This document shows positions 49,301 to 61,330 of a stretch of DNA of 64,000 bases, one piece after another. Position 1 is the first letter of the stretch, and each line of letters starts with the position of its first letter. The notes beneath the pieces were generated by a model. It did no database searches, had not been told where the DNA came from, and was given only the letters and a program-made list of their open reading frames with translations. The stretch comes from Iphione sp. A-MEVVRFRX5. Lineage: Eukaryota. Location of the stretch: assembly GCA_976226885.1 (NCBI GenBank), contig OZ320316.1, positions 111,600,001 through 111,664,000 of the forward strand, in the 5' to 3' direction. Both the position numbers and the translations under genes were made by a program.

Positions 49301-52300
49301 GTTCTGGCCTTTATTGTTCCACCCAAGCCTCCATCCTCTTTTGTGTCAACAGATAGGTCACGATCATTCGTTATCCAGATGAAATCGACCTTGACGCAAT
49401 TAGTTCGATCGTTTGCACACGAGGGGGCGACTACATAAAAATAAAACAATTGCGGGCACCAGTTGAGGCCCCTTCCATGAGAGACATTCCCTCAACCCAC
49501 ATCCACACACCCAGACATCTGGTCATCCTTCAGTAGCCCACCCCCACCCCCGTGAGTGTAACTACTGGCACTACCCAAAAAAAAAACCCCCTTAAATCGA
49601 CTGCTCCACCCGTTTTCAAGTGAAGGAAGCCCGATAATAAGAAATACAAAAAGAACATGCTCGCCATTAATGTCACATGCGTTCCCTTGGTGATAGCATC
49701 AATTCGCGTGACTAGATGGCAGGCTGGATAGCATTTTGCCCCAACCAATCGGCCCATCTCTCGTCCAGATGTGACTGGTCAGCTGACGACGACGACAACG
49801 AGACGGGGATGGGCTGGGGGTGCGTTCGGCAGAGTGACGCCTGTAGCGCGCTCGGGGGCCGGGCCGCTTGACGCCATGGTGGGTTTACGAACGCGCCAGT
49901 CTGTCTCGCCCTCGCCTGAACGGCGCACATCGGTCGTTAATGTATGCAGGCCGACCTGGCGCTGACCTAGATAAGGCGGCCAATCAGCGCGCCGGCGGAG
50001 GGTGAGGCGAGCATTTCGGGTGCATGCTGCTTATAGTCGACGATCTGCCTTCCATCATGGCGAAGCCGTCGTTTACGATGACCAACACCGTGCTGCTCGG
50101 CGCGATTTTCCTGCTGACCCTGACGGACCGAACGCACCAGTATGGTGAGTAAAGATATCCACACTTCTCGAGGGGGTCGACTCGGGTGGCGAGAAAGAAC
50201 GGGTATTTTTTAAAAACTCGCACGGCGGAGGGAGAGACTGGACGAGCGAACAAAGCCGGACATATTCTCTCACAAGGTCGTCCAGCTTGCTGGGGCCCTG
50301 CTGGACACGCCTCATTTCTCGGGGGCGACGACGACGACGGGCGATGTGGGAGCAAATCCTCCATTTAATAGCGTCATGGCAAACCCGTTCCGTTATAAAA
50401 ATATACATCTTAATTTGGCGACCGCGAAATGACCCTGTTTCTTACATAAATTCCACGCCTGCACCAGCCATCGTTTTCAAGCTTGTAGGTTGAGCAAGAG
50501 TGTTTGAAAAAAAGGGGGTCACAAGACTGTGCAGAGAGGGGGCTGGGCCTTTAAAATGTAGTCCGTGCACATATATAGGGGACGAAAAACGGGGGGGGGG
50601 GGTAATTGTGTACACAGGAGAAGAGAGAACTAGTTCTGCCTGTACAGTGGAGGGTAAATAGTCCCGACCTTGCAAATGTTCCCATTTCGGTGTGGAAATG
50701 GTGGTGGTGGTGGGCAAAAAAGGGACTACGTGGTATTTGGGGGCCAGGAGAGGAAGAATTGCACAAGAGCACCGAAAAAAACCGGTAGCAGATGCGCAGA
50801 TCTGAAATATATGTACATACATGTATCCTGCAGCTTGTTAAGCTTCCAATCTACTATCCTATGTATTCTGTAGAATAATGGTTGAGGGTTTTCGTGACCA
50901 ATTCTTAAAATTTCGTAATTTTCTAAAATATTTTTTTCTTTTTCTCTGAATAGCGGCGAAGACCTGTGCGAGCACGGAGGTGCACTGCAACGCGAGCGAG
51001 ATGTGCATCCTGAAGCGCTGGCAGTGTGATGGCGACGCCGACTGCGAGGACGGCTCCGACGAGGACCCGGCCCTCTGCCGTATGTAGACATCTCTCTGCC
51101 AGTGGTCATAGTTTTACCAGCTATACACCCCGCTTTACATCCCGCTGTAAAATTGTAAAGTAGATCAGAGGGTGCAGTGCACAGTCGTCAATCTGGAGGA
51201 GTACTTGAGAGGCGCGGTTTTTGGTCAAATTAATGTGTCTAATACAGGAGTGTGGTTTTATTATATTTTATTTTATTCCAACGTTGAACATTCCTCTCCT
51301 CGTCCTATGAAATGACCCCGATTCACTCAGGCGCTACCACCTCACGTCACGCTTCAGTACCCCCGAGGTTGAACAGAACTTTCCCTTGTCACCTGAATGG
51401 AGGCGGTGACGCGCTAGCACAGCCTGGCCTCTTTATTTACTCTCCTTTTTTCCTGTTTTTTTTATTTATAGAATATATTCTGAAAATGATCCTGGCGAAG
51501 TTGTGTATACGCCGCAGTTCATTAAAAACCGTTTATTTTTTTCATATTTATAATATTTGGTGGGTTTTTTTTCTTGCAGAAAAGAAAACCTGCGCCCCCG
51601 ACCAGTTCGCCTGTGGACAAGAAGGGATGTGCATCCCACAGAACTGGCGCTGCGACGAGCAGCCCGACTGCCCGGACGGCACCGACGAGCACAACTGCAG
51701 TAAGTAGATGGGACCGCGAACGAAATCCACCACGACCAGCAGCAGCAGCAGCCCTGGGAGGAGAAACCCCCGGGGGGGCTGAGGGGGGGGGGGGGCAAAA
51801 CGTTACGTTGGCTGGCCAATGCATGTAACGTGAAAATCACACACAAACAATACAAAGTGGAAAGCTTTTATGTGTGTGTGTGGGGGGCGGGGGGCGTTGT
51901 TTTAACGCAGTTGCAACAGCTTGGCCGGTAGATGCGAGATAAGTGTGAACGCGAACGCACCAAAGGTATACTGGTCTATTCTGCCTGTGTTGTCCCTACC
52001 CACAGACGTGAGAGAACAGAACTTTGCCACGTCTTATCATAGTCTTCCTGTGTAGATGATTGCTCCCCCATCGTCCTTTTCATGATCCGTGGAGTCTTTT
52101 TAAGAAGGCGACCATACAAAACAAACTTCTCTCTAGAAGACCAGCCTGTGCCTGTTGTGATCCAGTAGGCATGGACTGTGACTATAATAAAGTATGTGTA
52201 CTCTCACTAGACAGCGAAGGTAGAAGAAAGGTCCCCTATGTACACTGTTGCACATGCTGCCCTCATCTTGTTCACAATTGACGGACTGCAGGTATCCTGT

Positions 52301-55300
52301 GGTAACGGTCTGTTCTTAACATGGCGATGCTAAAAATAACCACAATTGAAGACTCATTTTCAAACATGGCTGTTCCTACAACAATGATGGCTACTCCTGC
52401 AACAATGAACCCCCCAGGAGGAGAGGAGGAGTGNNNNNNNNNNNNNNNNNNNNNNNNNNNNNNNNNNNNNNNNNNNNNNNNNNNNNNNNNNNNNNNNNNN
52501 NNNNNNNNNNNNNNNNNNNNNNNNNNNNNNNNNNNNNNNNNNNNNNNNNNNNNNNNNNNNNNNNNNNNNNNNNNNNNNNNNNNNNNNNNNNNNNNNNNNN
52601 NNNNNNNNNNNNNNNNNNNNNNNNNNNNNNNNNNNNNNNNNNNNNNNNNNNNNNNNNNNNNNNNNNNNNNNNNNNNNNNNNNNNNNNNNNNNNNNNNNNN
52701 NNNNNNNNNNNNNNNNNNNNNNNNCGCACACACACACCTCTTGAATTGCATCGAGCAATGTTGTTGTTTTTTTCATCGTGAGTTGCTCATTGCCTCCCGT
52801 CTGTCTACAGCTGATGTGACCTGCTCGGTGGACGAGTTCTCCTGCGGTAACGGCAAGTGCATCAGCCTCAAGTGGCACTGCGACCGCGACGACGACTGCG
52901 GCGACAATTCGGACGAGCGCAACTGTCCCGAGCTGACCTGCTCCTCGAAGGAGTTCCTCTGCGCCAACGCCAAGTGCATCCCCGAGCGCTGGAGGTGCGA
53001 CGGCGACGTCGACTGCACCGACCAGTCGGACGAGCAGAACTGCCCGGCCTCGACGGCCGAGTCGCGCTGCGACAAGAACGAGTTCACCTGCAACTCTGGG
53101 CACTGCATCCACAAGGCGTGGGCCTGCGACGGAGACACGGACTGCCAGGATGGCTCCGACGAGGAGAACTGTGAGTGGCGGTTCGTTTGACCAACCCTTT
53201 TTATTTCTTGTCCTTTTTTGGGGGAGAGTTGCTCACCTATGTGGGTCGTTGGTACCACTATCCAATCTTAAACGAGTACCCGTTCTTGCGTCAGAGTGCA
53301 AATGGTGATGGGGGTTGGGGGGACTAGGAGAGAAAGACTGCTTGGAATAAGAAGGAAAAAAACAGGAGCCAGTGTAAGGATCATATGAGAGACATTTAGA
53401 ACACAAGTAGAATATCCTAAAGTCTTACTAGTGTCAAGTCCAGGATTCAGAAACTGTTGTCCCCCCCCTCCCTTTGGAATAGTGTTGTGCTTGAGAATAC
53501 ATCATTAAATATTGTTCATTGCTTGTTTCCAGGTGAACACTTCACATGCCCACCCGGCATGTTCACCTGTAAGACGTCGAACACCTCGGGGCCCCAGTGC
53601 ATCTTGAGCCTCTACGAATGCAACGGCCACACCGAATGCCACGACGGATCCGATGAGGAAGACTGTCGTAAGTAGTTGCTCTCTCTTCTCGTTGATGTAT
53701 TCGCCTGTAAACACGAACTGATCTTGGGAAATTAGAGAGGACAGATCTCCAGTAAAAAAAATCCAGGTTATCGCAGGGGAGATCAGACCAGGGCGGAGAC
53801 CGCAGCTTGGTCCAGTCCCACAGATGATCATTCACGTGAGAGTTGACTGTAATGCATGTTCAGAAGTCTTTATGTAGGGGAGATTAACACTAGCGTCTGT
53901 GGACTGTGGTGTTAGAACAGCCGCTATATCCTCCCGAGATACGTGTGGTCCCTCCATTATAACAGTACAGCTGCAGGTCGAAACTTACATGTAACTGGGT
54001 CTTTATTTCTCTCTCTGTGTAGCTACAGCCGCACCCAAGTGTGACATTCACACGCAGTTCGACTGCAGCAGCGGCGGCGGCACACAGTGCATCGACGTCA
54101 AGTTGGTGTGTAACCATCACGACGACTGCGGCGGTGGCGCCGACGAGGATCCGAGGATCTGCAACGTCAACCGCACCAACCCTTGCCTGCAGGAGAATGG
54201 CGGCTGTACCCACATCTGCAACAACACCTCCTACAACGGCCACTTCTGCACCTGCCGGCCCGGCTACCGGCTCCTGCCCGACAACCGCACCTGCGAGGAC
54301 ATCGACGAATGCCAGGAGCTGGGCGCCTGCTCGCAGGAGTGCCAGAACGTGCACGGCCACTACAAGTGCAGCTGCGCCGAGGGTTACCTGCTCGACCCTA
54401 ACAACCGCCACCTGTGCCGCGCCTACGCCGAGCCCAAGCTGGTCTTCGCCAACCGCCACGACATCCGCGAGTACCGCATCCGCAGCCACCACCTGCTCAA
54501 CCTGGTGGGCCACCAGCGCTCGGCCGTGGCGCTCGACTTCGACTACCGCCGCAGCCGCATGTACTGGTCGGACGTGGCGCAGGAGCGCATCCTCATGGCC
54601 AACCTGAGCGGCGTGGACCACGGCGACATGCAGGCCACCTCGCAGCAGGTGGTGAAGGACGACATCAGCACGCCCGACGGCATCGCTCTCGACTGGATCC
54701 ACAACAACCTCTACTGGACGGACACGGGCAAGGACCGCATCGAGGTGATCAGTCTCGACAGTGGCCACCGCTCGGTGCTCATCGAACAAGACCTGGAGGA
54801 GCCACGGGCCATTGTACTCGACCCCAGGGACCACCAAGGGTAAGTTGAGCTCGATAGGAGTGATGTGAGGATAGAGAGGGAGATCATCAAATAACAAGGT
54901 TAGAAGGGGTAGGGACCTGAGGGACGACCAGGGGTTAGTTGAGAGGGAGAGTAATGATATGCCAAGGATGGAGAGGGAGATCATCAAATAACAAGGTTCT
55001 AAAGAAGTGAGGTGGGACCTGAGGGATGACCAGGGGTTAGTTGAGAGGGAGAGTAATGATATGCCAAGGATGGAGAGGGAGATCATCAAATAACAAGGTT
55101 AGAAGTGAGGTGGGACCTGAGGGATGACCAGGGGTTAGTTGAGAGGGAAAGAATGATATGCCGAGGATGGAGAGGGAGATCATCGATAACAAGGTTAGAA
55201 GGGGGTGGGACCTGAGGGATGACCAGGGTTTAGTTGAGAGGGAGAGTAATGATATGCCGAGGATGGAGAGGGAGATCATCAAATAACAAGGTTAGAAGGG

Positions 55301-58300
55301 GGTGGGGACCTGAGGGATGACCAGGGTTTAGTTGAGAGGGAGAGTAATGATATGCCGAGGATGGAGAGGGAGAAGACCAATAACAAGGTTAGAGAGGGTG
55401 GGGACCTGAGGGATACAGTTGAGTGGGGGAAAGAACCAATGACACAGATAGAGCGGTTTGGATACGAGTTGAGTGTGAAAGGGCTGCTGATGATGAGAAC
55501 ATGATTCCAAAATAATACTGCCGACTATTTTAAAGCACTGTCCTGTTTGTATTGTAATGATGTTTGCTTGCTAGTTGACTCGATCGGATTGATAAAGATC
55601 TCTTCTCTTCAACCCCCCACCCCCCCCCCACCCCACAGCTTCATGTACTGGACGGACTGGGGAGAGGACGCCCGGATTGAGAAGGCGGGCATGAACGGCG
55701 ACCGCGCCCGGGCCATCGTGCGCGGCAACATCCAGTGGCCGAACGGCCTGGCCATCGACTACATGTCGGACCGCCTCTACTGGGTCGACGCCAAGCTGCA
55801 CCTGATCGAGAGCTCCGACCTGGAAGGCCTGCACCGGCGCGTGGTGCTGAGCACGGCGCAGTTCCTGCACCACCCCTTCGCCCTCGCCGTCTTCGAGGAC
55901 ACCGTCTACTGGACCGACTGGGACACCGAGTCCGTGCACAGCGCCAGCAAGTTCAACGGCTCCAACATCGGCACGCTGGTGACGGGGCTGATCACGCCCA
56001 TGGACGTGCACGTCTACCACCCGCTCAAGCAGCCGGACGCCAGCCGGCGCTGCGGTCGCGACAACGGCGGCTGCTCGCACCTGTGCCTGCCGTCGCCCTA
56101 CCTGAGCGCGCAGTCGGCCAACTACTCGTGCCACTGTCCGCACGGCGTGAAGCTCATGGACGACATGAAGACGTGCATGATGCCAGGTGAGAGAGAGAGA
56201 GAGCAGCTCGGCAGCTCCATATATGGTCATGGTTAGCCTCCCCCCCTCCTCCCTCCCACCTCCTTAACTCCCACGTCCAGGACCACCCCGCCCGTCCCCG
56301 CTCCTCCTCCTCCTCTTCCTCCCCCCCCCCCTCTCACTCGGTAGCATAGTTTTAGTTCTAATTTAGCCTAAAGCATAGAACCAAGTCTCGGCGGTGGTGA
56401 CTGATAACAAAACCTACCGCCACGATCAGCTAAGCGTGGTCATCTCACAATAGTCGCATGACGTTGTAGTAATAACTTGTCTACTACTACTACTCCTACT
56501 GCTCGTCGCTAATAATAGTGTCCAGAGATTCTTTTCGTAATGCCGCTGCAGTCCTGACATAACCAGCCTGTTCATTGCTATGTCATTCACTACCGCATGA
56601 AGGTACCAGTTGTTTCTACTCCCCTCCCCTCTTATACCCCGACATTGTCCTAGGCTCCCACCCAGTCTGGGCAGCCTGCCACAGCGGCACGCGATTGTAC
56701 TCCTTCTAATGACTTGTTTTGCATTTTCGCTTCTGACAACAGCGACTACAACAGTTTCAACCACAGTGACTGTTAGCTCGAGAAAAGTCCCCAACGGTGA
56801 GAATGATGCGTGTTGTTATCGGATGTTGTGTTTGGGTCTATGTAGATTTACCAATGTCCCTGGTGTGTGGTTCCTTTCCTTTGTTTTTTTGTGTTTTTTT
56901 GTGTTTTTTTTTTATACTTGTTCCTCCTCTCCTTAAAGTGTTTTAGTGACCCTTCATTTCATTTTCATCAAACTAACTCATCAAACTAACTCACTAACTG
57001 CAACTATTTCTGTCTGAATGCCTTAAGTCACTTGCATGGATGAATACTTTTGGTCATTTGCATGGGTGGCCCTTTTTTAACAGAGTGTTTAAAGCTTTAA
57101 AAGGTAAAGAAGAAAAAAAATAGTAATGAAATGATCCATGATATTTTCTCATCTGAACCATCTTTGAATTATTTCTAAATAATTGTAAGTTATACGTTAA
57201 GAATAACTATTTTGGTGCTGAGGATCGTTGTTTTAAATCATAATTTAACATCTCGTTTGGATCTGTCCAGTTCCGCAACCTTTTTTTTCAAAGAATCGCT
57301 GTAGATATGCTGTGTATAGATGGCTTTTTTTGCTGGCTATTGAGTAAACTGCCTATTTTGTCTAATTTCATTAAGGATTGATTTTTTTTAAAACCGACGT
57401 CATTTTAAATTACAACACATGATATCAGCTACTTTTAGAGACGGGAGACCAAGTATAATTCAGCTATACGCATGAAAGCTGGACAAGCATATGTACAGAG
57501 AAGGGAATGGATCGTTTTAGAATAGATCAACCGTCTCGGCATGTGTTTTAGGAGTGTCATAAGAATCTTAAGCATGGGGTAATATATAAATTGTGAAACC
57601 TTGCACATTGCTACTGATGTCCACCCACCCCCATCATATGCATGTCTCACCTCTGTTTTATGTCTGTCGTTGCTACAGGTGTCGCGACAGTTACCACCAG
57701 CAGTAACACAGACAACCCGGATGAATACAACAAGCACAGGAGTCATGACGACACGGAGCAGGATGTTGGCAAGGTGGCTGGAATCGTCATCGCTGTTGTT
57801 GTCTTCGTGCTGCTGCTAGCAGCTGGGGTAAGTGGAAGCTGCCATTTCATCCATAGTCTTGTTTGTTCAGATCATGTGTGGTAAGTGGAAGTTGCCTTCC
57901 CGCCCATTGTCTTGTTAGTTCAGATCATGCGGGGTAAGTGGAAGTTACCTTCCTGCCCCTTGTCTTGTTAGTTCAGATCATGCGGGGTAAGTGGAAGTTA
58001 CCTTCCCACCCATTGTCTTGTTAGTTCAGATCATGCGGGGTAAGTGGAAGCTGCCTTTCCGTCCATAATCTTGTTAGTTCAGATCATGCGGGGAAGTGGA
58101 AGCTGCCTTCTTGTCCATAATCTAGTCACTTCAGATCATGTACAGGGGGGAAAATTCTCACAGCCAATAAGAAAATATTTGAAACTTTTTTTATATACCT
58201 GGTTACAATGCACGACTGATAGTACAATATCTAAAATCAAAGTCAGGAGACAACATTGGAATATGCCTAGTAACATTGACATTTCTGAGGCTTTTAATGT

Positions 58301-61299
58301 AGTTAACCACATGAAATTATACACCAAATCAAAACAACTAGGAATAGCAGGCAAAATGTAACACAGTGCCCCACCGTATTTCTCAAACTACTACTTACAT
58401 AGAAAAACAACACAAACAAGTAAGCTAGCAAACTGCTGCCTTAGTTGGTTCTTCTGTTTTCTTTCTGTTCTCTTTTCTATCCTTAGGAAATAACAAAGAA
58501 ATAGGGAGTACCACAAGGACACATTCTTGCCCCGATTCTTTTCATCTTATACAGTCAAAACCCTATTTAAGACCACATCAATTAATAATGATAAGCATCT
58601 AGGGGTAATGTTAGGTGATAAACGATTGACCCTTAGGTAGGTTTCACATGTGTACGTTGGTAATGCTAATTAATGGATGCGTTTTGGCATTTGGCAATCC
58701 GAACCAAGACACTCTTCACATGTGCTTTCCGAAAATGAAAAATAAAAAGCATCTGGTACACTTCCGCAGCTCATATACACACTCAATAGGGGGTTTACGC
58801 ACAATGCACAGTGACAAAGAAAACAAGACACATGTGAAACCCACCTAAGACAGCATGTACAATTTGTAAGGACAAAATAAACATCAGTCAGCTTTCAGTT
58901 AAAGAGAGCGTTTTAAAGATCCAGGTGGCAATTGGAATGTAATGTTATGCAAATCTCTTTTTCAGGGGATATATATATATTACTGTGACCTCGTTTCAGA
59001 CACAAATGAAGAAGTGAAGATTGCATTCATACATAAATTAGAGAAAGGCTCGCTTTATGAACCATTTCCAGACCATCCCTATTCAAAGTGATCATACATG
59101 ATCGATTGTTTTTTTATGCTGTTGATCATTTGATATATCTGATATCAACTATGGAAGATAATGACAACTTTATATAATACCTGGATACATCTTAGAAATA
59201 GATTTAGGACTTGGGGCTAGGAAAATAACACAACTACAACATAAAAGGTCAGGGTTTTCAATATTAGACCAAATGTTTCAGAGGCAAGCATTATGTAATA
59301 TTTTGTCGTTACTACAAACAGGCTTTATCTAGGTAATAAATATTCTCCTATTTCTTTGTTCTACCAAATTATGAAAACCATAGTTCACATGATTAAAAGT
59401 AATTTCTGATAAATGTTTCCATCTGTCATAATGATTTTTATTTTGGTAGGATCCCATAATGCATCAGTGATGCCAGTTTTGATGCTTATGTACTTTTGGG
59501 ATAAAACCTGTTAAACTTTTAGGTCCTAAATCACTTTTGAGAGACATGTTAGATACCAAAATAATGCTAAATTTTACTGATAAGTTACTGTATTCAACTT
59601 CATACTGTTGGTTACCAGACTTTTACCATGGTGACCAAGAATAAAGTGATACTTTCACAAATAAAACAAATCAAGATCTTCACTTTGGCATACAGTACAC
59701 TACAGTTATCATTGCAATAGATCTCAAGCTGGTATCAATGGCAGCCGTATTGGAAGAAATCCCCATTTCTCGTGGTCTGGAAGGGGTTAATGACATGCTT
59801 TTTCACAGAAAGATTTTTTTTCCATATTCGTCGTTTAACTACTCACACATTGCTTAGGAATTTAATCCCGAATCAGACAGTTGATGCATGTATTAGACTA
59901 CTGGTATATGAACACGAAAAGACGTACAGTCGAATGCTGCATTGTGACCAAGCCTCAATCCAAGCGCAAGAGGTCGCATTAGTCATGACCATGGCGGTGT
60001 GCCCTTTTAGGCTGAATTAGTGTGAATTCACCCATTTTTCAGCCAAATTTGCAGGAGTCGAAACCTGTGGTCACAGCCCAGGTGGCTGGCTACCTTAGAC
60101 AGGCAATATCCCTTCAGCACTTTGAGCTTGGGACATCTGAGGGCGACACGGTAACACCACTTGTTGCACCTTAGACAATGAATAACCTCTTCATCGATTT
60201 GAGCTTGGGAATCTTGAGATGTGGCGTGGCGTGGATTTTGTATGAGTGTGACCTGAGATGCGTGGTGGTGGCAGGCTGGGACGGTCGCTTCACGGTCTGC
60301 TCAGATTGTTTTATTGTGGTTTGTCTTGGTTTGGCGCGTCTGTGTATCACAGAGAGAGCGTGGTTGCCACGTTTTCTTAAATTCAGCATTGTTGTATTAT
60401 GATACACAGGTTAACGGGCAAATACTTCTTGTTCCAAGCTCAAGTGGTTATATTTAGAAGGTTATGGTCACATTACAGTATGGTCGCATAGCGGCATTCG
60501 ACTGTACATGTGGATATACGTATTACCCGTTACATGATAACTCACTCTTACCATTTATTTACGCCTGAGAAATATATACTGTATTAGATAGTTTTTTCTT
60601 TTACAAACCTAATTCATTAATCATCACTAACACACATTCAGTACACGTAGTGAGGTAGGCAGGCCATCTGAAAACCAGCCCAAGGCTGGGGATGTGTACT
60701 GTTGAAAGAAATAAAGGACATATATATTTTTTAAAAAAAAATACAGGCTTAACATTATTGGTTAGAATTTCATCCATATGAAAATCTCCTGGAATAGAAT
60801 TCATTAGTAAGGCGTGGTTTCCACTTGTTTGGATTTCATCTCTGGATTTCGGACTCTTAGAATTAAGCTTTTCCTCAAGTATAGACCAAAATGGAAAATG
60901 GGTAGTGTCCGTAAATTTACACATTTTCCAGACACCGGACACACTACCCACCTGTGCCCTAGCCCGCTACCTGAAAACCACCTGTCCATAAGGGTTAGGA
61001 ATATCGGCTGAATTCCCCGGACTCTCACATATATTTGGGGGAGGGGGAGGGGGAATCAGGACATGTGGAAACCCAGCTTTAGTAAGAAATACCTGGGAGG
61101 CCTGGTGCGGTAGTACAGCACCTCATTTCATATCTTCAGACGAAGATGCATAAGTCACAGAACAGGCAATTAACGGGAAGAATACAGAGCCCTGGCAATT
61201 TGCAAGGAGGCTGAAAAGCCCAGTGGAAGATAAACAATGGAGACTGCGACTCCCTGGAAGAAACACACGGTGAAACCACGCACACACACACACGCACGC

Positions 61300-61330
<31 letters not shown>

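Noticed and set aside
49380-49400. KVDFIWI resemblance to the NOX5 NADPH-binding strand
   Set aside because: Seven residues only, and the flanking sequence does not follow NOX.
53890-56230. Long antisense and alternative-frame ORFs over the receptor exons, including 399 aa at 53890..55089
   Set aside because: These are shadows of GC3-rich coding exons and adjacent tandem repeats.
60900-60950. Hairpin GGGTAGTGTCCG...CGGACACACTACCC
   Set aside because: Possibly a Helentron-type subterminal repeat, but there is no second copy or boundary in the window to support it.
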